64,000 nt of DNA from Alphaproteobacteria bacterium. Its GTDB lineage: Bacteria; Pseudomonadota; Alphaproteobacteria; RF32; CAG-239. This document shows positions 40,135 to 50,703 of this stretch, in pieces. The translations under genes and the position numbers were made by a program. The DNA lies in the NCBI GenBank assembly GCA_017477185.1, contig JAFUXF010000020.1, positions 1,884-65,883 of the forward strand, given 5' to 3'. Below the pieces are notes generated by a model, which was not told the origin of the DNA, made no database searches, and saw only the letters and a program-made list of their open reading frames with translations. Within the stretch, counting starts at the first letter, position 1; every line of letters begins with the position of its first letter.

Positions 40135-40899
40135 ATGTCTGAAACGTGTGTTTGTGAAACAGTTTCTCTATATGAAATTTTGAAAGCAAATTTTGGACAC
40201 GATTTTACAACGGCTTCTTTAAATTATTTAAATGAAAATTATCCAGATTTTTCTTCACCAAAGGTGAAAAATCAGTTTGCTAAATTATTACAGAAACCTC
40301 AGAAAGATAGACGTCTTCTCAATAAGTATTCGGCGAAAGATAAACAATTTGTGATGCTTTCAGCTGCTCTAAAAATTGCGGGTATTAAAAAATTTTTGGC
40401 CAGAGAGCATGATAATTTTGAGCATAAAGAAATATATAACAATTTTGATAGAGTCGTAGTTGCTCTTCCTGAATTAAAAAAAATAGCAGATAGTATGGAT
40501 GCAGATATTGATTTACTCGGTAATGAGGCTTTGTTGGAAAAGCAAGGAAAGTCTCCGCTTGATGTTGTAGATCGCATGTCAGGAAAAGATGGCGTCGCAA
40601 GAATAATTTTTTATAATGATATAGCCTTACAATATGATATAGGAAAGAAACCTGTAAATGATATTATTAAAGCTATTACAGAAAGTGTTGGAGGAATGGA
40701 TGGAGTTATAAAATTTCAAGAGTTATGTTCAGATATTGCCGTATTATCTGGAGAAAAAGCTAGATTGGTTGTCGAAAAAGGTAAAAATATGCCTGATATA
40801 TTGCGTCCGGCTACAGCTATGGATCGCAGACAAAGAATGCTTGATAATATGAATCAAGACAATGATGTAATAAATTCAAATAATGTGAAAGAGATGTAA
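40135..40899 (+). CDS. Hypothetical protein
   Basis: 254-aa ORF with AGGAG RBS and upstream TTGACA-17-CATAAT. Confidence 0.75.
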   Translation: MSETCVCETVSLYEILKANFGHDFTTASLNYLNENYPDFSSPKVKNQFAKLLQKPQKDRRLLNKYSAKDKQFVMLSAALKIAGIKKFLAREHDNFEHKEIYNNFDRVVVALPELKKIADSMDADIDLLGNEALLEKQGKSPLDVVDRMSGKDGVARIIFYNDIALQYDIGKKPVNDIIKAITESVGGMDGVIKFQELCSDIAVLSGEKARLVVEKGKNMPDILRPATAMDRRQRMLDNMNQDNDVINSNNVKEM

Positions 40900-40900
40900 T

Positions 40901-41305
40901 ATGGCTAAGCAAGAACCTATTTTTAATGATGTTATGTTTTGGTTAAATAAGGTTTGTATTTTACCTTATACAGATGAAGAATTAGATGGTTTGGGGTGTT
41001 TGGGATTTGATATTAAAAAATATCCTGAGTTCGGTAAGAAATATATGGAAAAGTTGCTCGAAAAATGTTCTTCTGATGCTAACCATCAAAGGATGGCTTT
41101 TTCTAATTTAAATCTTCAGTTGTACAGAAGGGTTCTGGAACAATCTGATTTGCAACAAATTCCAGACTGGATTGTTATGCCTCAACAAACGATTCAAAAT
41201 CCGTTAAAAGCAAGAATTGTGAAAATGTACAGCAATTTAACTACCAAACAAAACAATTTGGTTGCAGTCAGTTCGAAAAACATGGATGGTGATATTACAA
41301 AATAA
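40901..41305 (+). CDS. Hypothetical protein
   Basis: 134-aa ORF 1 bp after the previous stop; overlaps the hslU end. Confidence 0.65.
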   Translation: MAKQEPIFNDVMFWLNKVCILPYTDEELDGLGCLGFDIKKYPEFGKKYMEKLLEKCSSDANHQRMAFSNLNLQLYRRVLEQSDLQQIPDWIVMPQQTIQNPLKARIVKMYSNLTTKQNNLVAVSSKNMDGDITK

Positions 41306-42611
41306 ATTTAGATAAGTCACTGCTATGGGTGAATTTTTCGAGTTTTTCGATAACCATGTCCGGTGTGACTTCTAATTCTTCGCCACTACGCTCTGAGGCG
41401 GTAAAACTGATTTCTTCCAATAAAATTTCTAAAACAGTATGAAGTCGGCGTGCCCCGATATTTTCAACGTTTTCGTTGATATGAACCGCAACGTCAGCGA
41501 TTTTATCTATCGCTTCTTTGGAAAAGCTCAGTTTAAAATTTTCGGTGCCGAGTAGGGCAATATATTGCTCAATCAGGTTTGCTTCCGGTTCGGTCAAAAT
41601 ACGGACAAAGTCATCATGGGTCAGAGCTTTAAGTTCTACCCGAATCGGGAGACGACCTTGTAATTCCGGTAACAAATCTGATGGTTTGGCTAAATGAAAA
41701 GCACCAGAGCATATGAATAAGATGTGGTCAGTTTTGACACTGCCATATTTTGTATTGACGGTTGTTCCTTCAATTAAAGGTAATAAATCTCTTTGGACAC
41801 CTTCTCGTGAAACGTCTCCGCCACGGCGCTCATCTTTACCGGTTATTTTATCAATCTCATCAATAAAAACGATACCATCGTTTTCTACAGCTTTAATGGC
41901 TGTTTGTGTAATGGTATCGTTATCCAATAATTTATCACATTCTTCATCCATCAGAACTTGATAAGCATCGCCAACAGTCATCTTTTTGGTTTTATATTTA
42001 TCGCCGAACGGTTTACCAATCAGCTCACCTAAACTAATCATGCCCATTTGCGCCCCCGGCATTCCCGGAATATCAATGGTGGGCATGCTGGCATTGCTGT
42101 TGTCTATGATTTTGACTTCAATTTCCTTATCATTTAATTGATTTTCTCTCAGCATTTTGCGAAATTTTTGTTTGGTTTCTTCAGAAGAGTCTTCGCCGAC
42201 AAGAGCATTTAAAACACGATTTTCCGCAGCAAGCTCAGCTTTTGAGCGAACCGCTTTACTCATTTCTTTTTTTGTATCGTTAATGGCGATTTCTACCAAA
42301 TCACGAATAATGGATTCAACATCTCTACCGACATAGCCAATCTCGGTAAATTTTGTTGCTTCTACTTTGATAAACGGGGCTTTTGCCAGTTTTGCTAAAC
42401 GACGGGAAATTTCGGTTTTACCAACACCGGTCGGACCAACCATTAAGATGTTTTTAGGAACAATTTCTTCTTTGAGGTGGTCTGATAACTGCATACGACG
42501 CCAACGGTTGCGCAGAGCAATGGCAACAGCTTTTTTAGCCTCTTCCTGACCAATAATATAGCGATCTAACTCAGAGACAATTTCACGAGGGCTAAAGTTG
42601 GTGTCACTCAT
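41295..42611 (-). CDS. hslU: ATP-dependent protease ATPase HslU
   Basis: [33 protein letters not shown]. Confidence 0.98.
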   Translation of the reverse strand: MSDTNFSPREIVSELDRYIIGQEEAKKAVAIALRNRWRRMQLSDHLKEEIVPKNILMVGPTGVGKTEISRRLAKLAKAPFIKVEATKFTEIGYVGRDVESIIRDLVEIAINDTKKEMSKAVRSKAELAAENRVLNALVGEDSSEETKQKFRKMLRENQLNDKEIEVKIIDNSNASMPTIDIPGMPGAQMGMISLGELIGKPFGDKYKTKKMTVGDAYQVLMDEECDKLLDNDTITQTAIKAVENDGIVFIDEIDKITGKDERRGGDVSREGVQRDLLPLIEGTTVNTKYGSVKTDHILFICSGAFHLAKPSDLLPELQGRLPIRVELKALTHDDFVRILTEPEANLIEQYIALLGTENFKLSFSKEAIDKIADVAVHINENVENIGARRLHTVLEILLEEISFTASERSGEELEVTPDMVIEKLEKFTHSSDLSKFIL

Positions 42612-42614
42612 TTT

Positions 42615-43136
42615 CTAAACCTTTTCTATAATCACATTATGATTTGTATAAACATCTATGTCTCCGGCAATTTTCATCGCTTTTTGCGCAATATCTTCTA
42701 AAGACAGATCCTCAATATCATAAAGGGCTTTGGCAGCTGCCATGGCATAATTGCCTCCACTGCCAATTCCAATAATACCATCATCAGGTTCCATTACTTC
42801 ACCGGTACCGGAAATAACCAGAGAAACATCCTTGTCTGCCACAATCATAAAGGCTTCAAGTTGCCGCAAATATTTATCCATGCGCCAATCCTTAGCTAAT
42901 TCGACAGCGGCTCGTTTAAGCTGATTGGCGTGTTTTTCCAGCTTAGCCTCTAAACGTTCAATTAAGGTTATACCATCTGCCGCAGCACCGGCGAATCCGG
43001 CAATTATATTACCATTACCAATACGGCGGACTTTAACGGATTTAGATTTGAAAACAATTGCTTGTCCTAGCGTTGCTTGTCCGTCACCTGCCATTAAGAC
43101 ATTTTTTCCTTTGCGAATACATAAGATTGTGGTCAT
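42615..43136 (-). CDS. hslV: ATP-dependent protease subunit HslV
   Basis: [27 protein letters not shown]. Confidence 0.97.
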   Translation of the reverse strand: MTTILCIRKGKNVLMAGDGQATLGQAIVFKSKSVKVRRIGNGNIIAGFAGAAADGITLIERLEAKLEKHANQLKRAAVELAKDWRMDKYLRQLEAFMIVADKDVSLVISGTGEVMEPDDGIIGIGSGGNYAMAAAKALYDIEDLSLEDIAQKAMKIAGDIDVYTNHNVIIEKV

Positions 43137-43240
43137 CAAAATTTCCTATCAGATTGGTTATATATTTGTATGTAGGAAAATTTTAGGCATAATGCAAGTC
43201 TTTTTAGCAAGAAAACATTTTTTACAGAGTGTTTTTTTGA

Positions 43241-45799
43241 TTATTTGCGTTTTCCCTTATTCATGACGGCCGGTTCTTTAGAACCTTTGTAATCATCAAT
43301 GGCACTTGAAATCGGTTTAACAACCGCTTTTGGTACCTGAACAAATGGTTCAGCCTGACCGCAAACCTCTAGTCCGACACTGTTAATTGCATCTTGAATC
43401 GGTAAGAATAAATCACCCTTATCATCAAATTTTTGATTGTGCGAAGCAATACCGTTTACAACTCCCTTACTGTCAATCAAGGCTCCACCGGAGCTGACCG
43501 TTTGGACAAATGTGTCAGTAATAATCTCTGTTCCCATTTGATCTGTAAAGCGGTAACCTTTAATCTTACCCTTATCATCAAGATAATTTTCGCCCTCGGC
43601 ATTGTTTAATAACCCAAGCGACATATAGCCGGTGCTGCCGACGGGAGGTAATTCCATATTCAAAGATAACGGACGGAAGTACATCTTTTGATCTGTCTGC
43701 AGAAGGGCGATGTTCTTTTTGACGTTAATGCGAACAACTTTAGCTTTAGCTTTAACTCCGTTTATGGTTTCAACATCATACCAAGTGATGCTTTCATCAA
43801 CAGCATCTGCGGAGGTTAAAATTAAATCATCTGCAATTAACAGACCGGCACTTTGCCGTTTGTCTCTTCCGCGAACAGACAGCATAGATGCACGAACGCG
43901 ATAAAGGTTTTCCGGACGCATATCCGGATATGGGGCAATGTTTTCAATGCAGAAATGATTAGCTGTTTTATAATTTCCTTCTTCTTTTAATTCTACTTCA
44001 GGTAACTGGTTTTCGGTTATACCCGAATCTTCAACAATACTTTCAGGCTGTCTTTGTTCCGTTTCTTCTTCATAAGGTTGCCAATCTTTGGTCGGGCGCG
44101 TATCATTAACAGGTGTTAACTCTTCTGTTTCAGGAATATAGAAGCCACTGTCTTTACTGATTCCGCCGCTTTCTTCCGGTTCAGGCGTAATTAAGCATTC
44201 TTGTGGCTCCGGATCAAAGATTTGCTCTATTTGTTGAGGCAAAGTATCTGCTTGCAAATAGCTTAACAGAGAGGGATCACAATCTTGATTTTCTTGTCCG
44301 AATAATGGATTTTCACAAGCGTTTTCTTCCGGTTCCAGATAAGTTATAATCGGAGGTGTACTTGCAGGTATTAATTCTTGCATTGGCTGTCCGTAGCAGA
44401 TATTTTCAGCATATGGGATATAATTGCTTGTTTGCTCCAACGGAATTGTCTCTAATACGACCGGTTGTTGTTGTACAGGGATGTATTCAATAATTTCAGC
44501 CGGCATAGTGCATTGTTGCGGTTGAGCATACGGAATTGTGTTAATCGATTCAACCATTGTCGGTGCTGTCTCAAAAGTTTCAGGAACAGGACAGCTGGTT
44601 GCTTGAGGAACTTCTAAACGGCATTTAACCGGATCAGAGGCTTGTTCAATGGCTAACAAAGTAGTTTTTTGTTGTTCCAAAACGTTCTTAGGAACGCGAA
44701 TCGCTAATTGATTTTCGAATTCAGGTAATCCCTTTAAGTTGAGAGTGGCATCAGCGAAGGCTTGTTCAATTAGATCAATTTCGCCATCATAGCTACCTTC
44801 ATCTAATTCACTGTAACCGGTTGTTTGCCCTTTCCACATGACTTTGGTTTTGGTTAAATCAAGTAATCTCCAAGTTACAGTCATTTCAGCAGAGCCCGTA
44901 CGTTTATCGGCTTTTTGGGCATTATCCCAGTCATAACCGTCACAAATATTCATAAAATAATCGGTTATTTCTGCAGTTAAAATATATTCCGGTGCTTCAT
45001 AATCTTGATCTCGTAAGCAAAGATCATTTGGAACTTTAAGAATGTTGTAGCAATCATCAACCAAATTTTCAAAAATATCAATAAATTGCATGTCTTTCTG
45101 GATGATGCGCCCCTCATTCAACATGGCTTTTTTTGAAAAACGGCGACAACCGAAAAGACGGAATCTGTAATTACCCAGTTTTTTAGAAAAACTTTCAGAA
45201 TTGCCGTCATTGATTCTGAAATCAACCCATTCTAATTGAAACGGGGCTAACTCAGAACATTTATGAATGCGCTCAAATGGTGTGTTATCCGGCACGATTT
45301 TGTAGTTTTGGATGAAAGCACGACGTGGAGTTTTGGGTGTGGGAGCCGCTTTTTTACAACTTCCGCAAGGTAAATCCGGTTTGGCGCAGGTTTGCGGGCC
45401 AAACATTGCACCGCCACATTTGCGCTTTGTACAAGTGTTTGGACCAAACATCGGCCCGCTATTGGCATAAGAACAATCATCATCGCCAAATATCGGGCCG
45501 CTGTTGCGTGAACAATCGTCATCACCAAATATCGGGCCGGAAGCAATTTTGCGTAAGTCATGCGAATCGTCAGCACTGTCAATACTACCGATAATGCCTC
45601 TTTGGCGCGTTACGGTGACGCGTGGACGAGTTCCGTCAAACACAGTGCGTCTTGGGGTGGATGTTGTCGCAACAAGGTGTTCATCCGTCTGTTTTTGGCC
45701 GCAACTTGAGCAAGCTGCAAAAGTATTTGTTGATAAAGCAGTGCTGCCCGCCAGCAAAACAGATAAAACAGCAATTGGTGCGGATTTTAGTGATTTCAT
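43241..45799 (-). CDS. Secreted Cys-rich protein with C-terminal degenerate trypsin-like domain
   Basis: Signal peptide from ATG 45799; SGPIFGDDDC repeats; SAGLLI..ILTSAD..NIALL..SSGGALIDSKGVVNGI. Confidence 0.75.
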   Translation of the reverse strand: MKSLKSAPIAVLSVLLAGSTALSTNTFAACSSCGQKQTDEHLVATTSTPRRTVFDGTRPRVTVTRQRGIIGSIDSADDSHDLRKIASGPIFGDDDCSRNSGPIFGDDDCSYANSGPMFGPNTCTKRKCGGAMFGPQTCAKPDLPCGSCKKAAPTPKTPRRAFIQNYKIVPDNTPFERIHKCSELAPFQLEWVDFRINDGNSESFSKKLGNYRFRLFGCRRFSKKAMLNEGRIIQKDMQFIDIFENLVDDCYNILKVPNDLCLRDQDYEAPEYILTAEITDYFMNICDGYDWDNAQKADKRTGSAEMTVTWRLLDLTKTKVMWKGQTTGYSELDEGSYDGEIDLIEQAFADATLNLKGLPEFENQLAIRVPKNVLEQQKTTLLAIEQASDPVKCRLEVPQATSCPVPETFETAPTMVESINTIPYAQPQQCTMPAEIIEYIPVQQQPVVLETIPLEQTSNYIPYAENICYGQPMQELIPASTPPIITYLEPEENACENPLFGQENQDCDPSLLSYLQADTLPQQIEQIFDPEPQECLITPEPEESGGISKDSGFYIPETEELTPVNDTRPTKDWQPYEEETEQRQPESIVEDSGITENQLPEVELKEEGNYKTANHFCIENIAPYPDMRPENLYRVRASMLSVRGRDKRQSAGLLIADDLILTSADAVDESITWYDVETINGVKAKAKVVRINVKKNIALLQTDQKMYFRPLSLNMELPPVGSTGYMSLGLLNNAEGENYLDDKGKIKGYRFTDQMGTEIITDTFVQTVSSGGALIDSKGVVNGIASHNQKFDDKGDLFLPIQDAINSVGLEVCGQAEPFVQVPKAVVKPISSAIDDYKGSKEPAVMNKGKRK

Positions 45800-45821
45800 T
45801 CTTAAAAAACTCCCGTTTCCC

Positions 45822-47339
45822 TTATGATTCAGGCACTGTATGACGATATGACAGAGCCTCAGCAATATGCATTTTAAGAATGTTTGGTTTATTTTGCAAG
45901 TCCGCAATTGTTCTTGCTAACCGTAAAGTGCGATGATAGGCGCGTGCGGAGAGATGATTTTTATCAGCAAACGCCACAAGTAAGTTTTTTGCGTCATCTT
46001 CGAGTTGAGTTAATTCTTCTAATAATTGTCCTTTTAGTTCTGCATTTGTGGATAAATTGGTAATTCCGTGTTTTATAAAGCGATTTTTTTGAATTTGGCG
46101 AGCCGCAATGACTCTTTTTCTAATTGTATCTGAGGTTTCGCCTGTGCGTTCTTGACTCAATTGCCATGGGCTGACGGCAGGTACTTCAATATGGATATCA
46201 ATTCTATCAAGCAAGGGACCGGAGATTTTTGACTGATATTCCAGTGCGCATTTAGGAGCGCGAGGGCAAGCCAGTTCCGGAATACCTAAATTTCCGCAAC
46301 GGCAAGGGTTCATAGCAGCGATTAACTGAAATTTTGCAGGGTAAACAGCATGTGTGTTGACGCGTGCAATGCTGATTTGTCCGTTTTCAAGAGGTTGACG
46401 CAAGGCTTCCAGAGCAGAACGATCAAATTCAGGCAATTCATCTAAAAACAAAACACCATTATGTGCCAGAGATATTTCCCCCGGTTTGGCTTTGCGACCG
46501 CCACCGACTAAAGATGGCGTAGATGCATTATGATGAGGATCACGAAACGGACGCTCCAAACACAAACCGTCTTCTTTCAGAATGCCGGCGACAGAGTGTA
46601 TCATGCTTGTTTCCAGAGCTTCTTGCGGTGACATGGGCGGCAAAATACTTGGCATACGCGCCGCGAGCATGGATTTTCCGGATCCGGGAGGACCAACCAT
46701 CAGTAAATTGTGCCCACCGGCTGCGGCAATTTCTAATGCACGTTTGGCACTCTCTTGTCCTTTAACGTCAGACATATCCAGATGTTTACTTGAGGCGACG
46801 GGTGGTTTGGGAACAGGCGGCAATAAACGGCATTCTCCTTTAAAATGGTTAATCAGAGAAGTTAAATCAGGGGCAGCGACAATGTCTTTTAAACCGGACC
46901 ATGCGGCTTCACTGCCTTGATTAAAAGGACAGATTAAACCTTTACCTTGGCGATTGGCATAAATAGCTACCGGTAAAACACCATTAACTGAAACAATTGA
47001 GCCGTCTAAGCCAAGTTCGCCGAGTGCAATATATCCGCTCAGCTCTTCGACAGGGATAATTCCCATGCAACACAAAATACCCAAAGCGACGGGTAAATCA
47101 AAATGAGAACCTTCTTTAAGCAAGTCAGCAGGAGATAAGTTGATGGTAATTCTTTTGGCCGGTAAACTCAACCCTAAGGACTGAATGGCAGCGCGGACAC
47201 GTTCTCGGCTTTCGGCGATAGCTTTATCAGGGAGACCAACAATCGTAAAATTGGGCATGCCGGAAGCAATCTGAATTTGTAAATCAACGGCTAAGGTTTC
47301 TAATCCGTTAAAAGTTATAGTGTTAATTCTTGCCAGCAT
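45822..47339 (-). CDS. comM: YifB/ComM Mg-chelatase-like AAA ATPase
   Basis: IVGLPD..ESRERV, GPPGSGKS, PGEISLAHNGVLFLDE, ARTIADL. Confidence 0.93.
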   Translation of the reverse strand: MLARINTITFNGLETLAVDLQIQIASGMPNFTIVGLPDKAIAESRERVRAAIQSLGLSLPAKRITINLSPADLLKEGSHFDLPVALGILCCMGIIPVEELSGYIALGELGLDGSIVSVNGVLPVAIYANRQGKGLICPFNQGSEAAWSGLKDIVAAPDLTSLINHFKGECRLLPPVPKPPVASSKHLDMSDVKGQESAKRALEIAAAGGHNLLMVGPPGSGKSMLAARMPSILPPMSPQEALETSMIHSVAGILKEDGLCLERPFRDPHHNASTPSLVGGGRKAKPGEISLAHNGVLFLDELPEFDRSALEALRQPLENGQISIARVNTHAVYPAKFQLIAAMNPCRCGNLGIPELACPRAPKCALEYQSKISGPLLDRIDIHIEVPAVSPWQLSQERTGETSDTIRKRVIAARQIQKNRFIKHGITNLSTNAELKGQLLEELTQLEDDAKNLLVAFADKNHLSARAYHRTLRLARTIADLQNKPNILKMHIAEALSYRHTVPES

Positions 47340-47356
47340 TTATGACCTCGCCAGTT

Positions 47357-47719
47357 TTACCAACGAGGCGTTTTTTCGTGTTCACGCCAACGGCGGGTGG
47401 GGTAGGTATCTTTTTTCAAAAAATCGTATTTGGCTGTTTTGTACGGAATATTACGGAATCGTACATAACCTTTTTGCTCGAAAGTTTCGGCGCAGGCATT
47501 TGTGGCATATTCCGTTGAGGCATAGCAACGTGCAATAACTCGGGTAAATGGGTGTTGCAAATAAATTTCTGTTGTTGTGCTGATTCCATGATATTCAAAA
47601 TTTGCATCATTAAAAGCGGTTGATGCACCGCAAGTTGTGCAGGTTTGCTGTTGCATTGAACCGCAAGCTGTTAATGCTCCTGTTAAAATCAAAATAGTGG
47701 CTGTTTTTATTAGCTTCAT
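47357..47719 (-). CDS. Hypothetical lipoprotein
   Basis: Lipobox LTAC; GAGAGG RBS. Confidence 0.75.
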   Translation of the reverse strand: MKLIKTATILILTGALTACGSMQQQTCTTCGASTAFNDANFEYHGISTTTEIYLQHPFTRVIARCYASTEYATNACAETFEQKGYVRFRNIPYKTAKYDFLKKDTYPTRRWREHEKTPRW

Positions 47720-47916
47720 TGTTTATGCCCTCTCTTACTTATTTTACCATAGTTGAAAAAGATTAAAATTATCTTTATTTTGCTGAAGAAAATGCTTGAA
47801 TTTTGGGAAAAATGGGGTATAGTGCTCATCGTCCCTTGCCGGAGAGATAATCTTTTCGGCTATACATTAACCGAGGCAATTGCCTCATTTGTTGAGAATC
47901 CATAAGGAGATTTTAT

Positions 47917-48246
47917 ATGGCTAATTATGAAAGCGTGCTGATTGCACGTCAGGATCTCGGCGCTTCTCAGGTTAACAGCATTGTTGAAGATTTGAGCAGT
48001 GTTATTAAAAAAGAAGGCGGTGAGATTGTTCGCGTTGATAACTGGGGTTTGAAAAACCTAGCTTATCGTATCAAGAAAAACCGTAAAGGTCACTATGTTA
48101 TTTTGAATATTGCCGCTCCGGCTTCTGCTATTGCAGAGTATGAGCGTGTTATGCGTGTTAACGAAGATATTATTCGCTATATGACAATTAAGGTTGAAGA
48201 GTTTTCAACTCTCAATAGCGATAAAGAATCTGCTGTTGAAGAATAA
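47917..48246 (+). CDS. rpsF: 30S ribosomal protein S6
   Basis: [22 protein letters not shown]. Confidence 0.97.
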   Translation: MANYESVLIARQDLGASQVNSIVEDLSSVIKKEGGEIVRVDNWGLKNLAYRIKKNRKGHYVILNIAAPASAIAEYERVMRVNEDIIRYMTIKVEEFSTLNSDKESAVEE

Positions 48247-48257
48247 GGAGTAACATA

Positions 48258-48485
48258 ATGGCTAAACAAGTTTTCTTTAAAAGAAAAAAATCTTGCCCGT
48301 TCTCAGGCGAAGATGCTTTGAAAATCGACTACAAAGATGTTAAGCTGTTGTCACGCTACATCTCTGAAAAAGGAAAAATTATTCCGAGCCGTATCACTTC
48401 TGTTTCAGCTAAAAAACAAAGAGAGCTCGCCCGCGCTATTAAACGCGCTCGTTATATCGGCCTGCTTCCTTATGTTGCTATGTAA
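48258..48485 (+). CDS. rpsR: 30S ribosomal protein S18
   Basis: [20 protein letters not shown]. Confidence 0.97.
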   Translation: MAKQVFFKRKKSCPFSGEDALKIDYKDVKLLSRYISEKGKIIPSRITSVSAKKQRELARAIKRARYIGLLPYVAM

Positions 48486-48503
48486 TTAAGAGGAGAGAAA
48501 GTT

Positions 48504-48983
48504 ATGGAAGTTATCCTTTTAGAGCATGTTGAAAAACTCGGCAAAATGGGTGATATCGTTAATGTTAAGAACGGTTTTGCCCGTAACTATTTATTGCCGC
48601 AAAATAAAGCTTTGCGTGCCACAGATGCTAACAAAGCTGTTTATGAAAAACAAAAGGCTGAATTAGAAGCTCACAACAAAGCTTTGTTTGAAGAAGCTTC
48701 TAAAAAAGCTGAAGCTTTGCAAGGTTTCAGTGCCGTTTTGATTCGTCAAGCCGCTGAAACAGGTCAGTTGTACGGTTCTGTTACCATTCGTGACATTGCT
48801 GCTGCTGTTAAAGAAGCCGGCTTTGATGTTGAACGTCGTTGTGTTTATTTGGAAAAACCGATTAAAGACCTCGGTGTTTATGAAGTTCGCTTAAACTTGC
48901 ATCCGGAAGTTTCTCAGAAGATTACGGTTAACGTAGCTAGAACTGAGGATGAGGCTCGCAAGCAAGCAAAATCAGCTGAATAA
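48504..48983 (+). CDS. rplI: 50S ribosomal protein L9
   Basis: VKNGFARNYLLP, GQLYGSVT, LHPEV. Confidence 0.97.
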   Translation: MEVILLEHVEKLGKMGDIVNVKNGFARNYLLPQNKALRATDANKAVYEKQKAELEAHNKALFEEASKKAEALQGFSAVLIRQAAETGQLYGSVTIRDIAAAVKEAGFDVERRCVYLEKPIKDLGVYEVRLNLHPEVSQKITVNVARTEDEARKQAKSAE

Positions 48984-49106
48984 AAACGCGCAAAATGCGT
49001 TTCTAGTGCAGATGCCCGAAAAATTGCTAAGTCATGTACGTCTATGTACACTCCTGTCGCAATTTTTCGGGTATCTTACTATAAACAACATTTATCGCGT
49101 TTTTAT
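48980..49106. repeat. RPE-like palindromic element 1
   Basis: ~127-bp imperfect hairpin with central TGTAC-GTCTAT-GTACA. Confidence 0.75.
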
Positions 49107-49146
49107 GTTGTTTTTTTGTACACCGCGCTCAAAAGTAACGTCGTAG

Positions 49147-49359
49147 CACGAGGGTTTCTTGTGTTTTTGAGGATGATTTTATGGAAAACTAGGGCAGATT
49201 TTGCAAGCTGAAAAAATGCTCACGTAGGTCTATCTACGTTGCGCTTTTTTCACTCTTAAATCTTACTATTTTTCTCGTATAATAGTTTAATTACTCATGA
49301 ATTTAAACCCTCGTGTGAAAGTACGAGGGTTTTTAATGTTTTTGAAGATGATTTTTAGG
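49147..49359. repeat. RPE-like palindromic element 2 with flanking duplication
   Basis: Central ACGTAG-GTCTAT-CTACGT; outer inverted repeat CACGAGGGTTT/AAACCCTCGTG; 49148-49184 is repeated at 49323-49359. Confidence 0.7.
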
Positions 49360-49360
49360 T

Positions 49361-49398
49361 AAAAAAAAGACGGTGCTTTGGGGGGCATCGTCTTTTTT
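49361..49398. terminator. Bidirectional terminator
   Basis: AAAAAAAAGACGGTGC...GCATCGTCTTTTTT. Confidence 0.75.
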
Positions 49399-49440
49399 AT
49401 AAGCGTTTAACAAAGTCAGTTTCGGTGGCTTGTGAGGGAG

Positions 49441-49950
49441 CTAAGTGCTCTTCAATTTCTCGAGCATCTCAGGGGTGAACATGTCACCGAGAGATTGGGC
49501 GTGCTCTTTCACATAGCGGGGGCGTGGATACTTTTTTATCAGTTTTCCCAGTCCTGCTGTTCGAGCAACCTCTTCGACAGCCTTGGTACTGAAGAAGCGG
49601 CTGTCTTCGGGTTTGGCGGCGAGGTACTCTTCTACGAGTTCCGGATAATTCCGGATGAGGAGTTTCTCATTGCCTTCGCTCAGGGAGTTTCCGATGACGG
49701 CGGCACGGATGAGGGTGAGGTCGTATTTACCCTTTTTGGTTCCAAGTAGCATAGCTACTGGTTGGGGCCCGAGTTTACGGAGGCTCATATAGAGCTCCAG
49801 TATGGGGCGCATCTCTGGGGTCTTGATCAGGAGATTCTGTGTTTCCTGATCAAAGGCGAAAGCCTTGATTTCAGACTTAACGAACTCCATGTTACCTGTC
49901 TCAATTACTGCGATGTCGCGAACCTTGTTTGTTTGTTTTGTCTTGCTCAT
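49441..49950 (-). CDS. Hypothetical protein, higher GC than flanks
   Basis: Open frame to 50004; MSKTKQ start chosen tentatively; upstream promoter-like TTGACA. Confidence 0.65.
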   Translation of the reverse strand: MSKTKQTNKVRDIAVIETGNMEFVKSEIKAFAFDQETQNLLIKTPEMRPILELYMSLRKLGPQPVAMLLGTKKGKYDLTLIRAAVIGNSLSEGNEKLLIRNYPELVEEYLAAKPEDSRFFSTKAVEEVARTAGLGKLIKKYPRPRYVKEHAQSLGDMFTPEMLEKLKST

Positions 49951-50169
49951 ATGTGAGAGTTTTTTTAATTTGTTAATAATCATTTTATGGATTGAATATA
50001 TCACATTTTTACAGGAGTGTCAATAGACAAAATTGTTTTTTTGTAAAAATTTTGTAAAAAATTTGATTCCTTTAATAGTAGACTCCAGCTTGGAGGCCGG
50101 AGTGACCGAGAAGGGGATAGAGGAGGCCTGAGTGACTGAGAAGAAGAGGAGAGAGACAATATAGGAAAC

Positions 50170-50703
50170 TTACAATTTTTTTATCATCAACACATCAATC
50201 ATCCCTAAAGGGTGGGTGTCATAGGTTTCGGTTAAGATGCAGCCCATTTTTTGATAAAAACCGATAGAAGGACCAGATTTGGCAACCCCATTTGAATCGG
50301 GAACGCCTTTATACATGGTGTGAATTTCCAGTTTATGCTTGTTATGTTTTTTCATTTCTTCAGCAAATCTTAAAAACAAGGCTTTGCCGATACCGAAACC
50401 TTGATAATCAGGTAGAACATATAAAGTATTTAGAAGGCAGTCAAAGTTTTCGTTTGTTCCGTGCAAACATCCCGTTGTTTCACCGACAATTTGACCGTTG
50501 ATTTCTGCCACAAATCCGATTTTTTCGTGCCAAGAGGCTTGCCATTTTTGTACTCGGTTATCAAAGGTTTTATGACGTTCTTCGAGAATTTTATCAGGAA
50601 TACATCCTTGATAGGAAATATCCCATGTAATTTGGTTGACTTTTAATATTTCGGCAATATCCTCAAAGCGGGCAGGGCGAATTATTAAATTTTTTGACTT
50701 CAT
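50170..50703 (-). CDS. GNAT N-acetyltransferase
   Basis: LYVLPDYQGFGIGKALF, IGFYQKMG. Confidence 0.9.
   Translation of the reverse strand: MKSKNLIIRPARFEDIAEILKVNQITWDISYQGCIPDKILEERHKTFDNRVQKWQASWHEKIGFVAEINGQIVGETTGCLHGTNENFDCLLNTLYVLPDYQGFGIGKALFLRFAEEMKKHNKHKLEIHTMYKGVPDSNGVAKSGPSIGFYQKMGCILTETYDTHPLGMIDVLMIKKL

Noticed and set aside
45800-45907. N-terminal extension of the 888-aa ORF
   Set aside because: It overlaps comM; the signal peptide begins at ATG 45799.
47825-47916. S6:S18 leader RNA
   Set aside because: Hairpins and a CCC are present, but I cannot confirm the Rfam consensus by eye; an Infernal search is needed.
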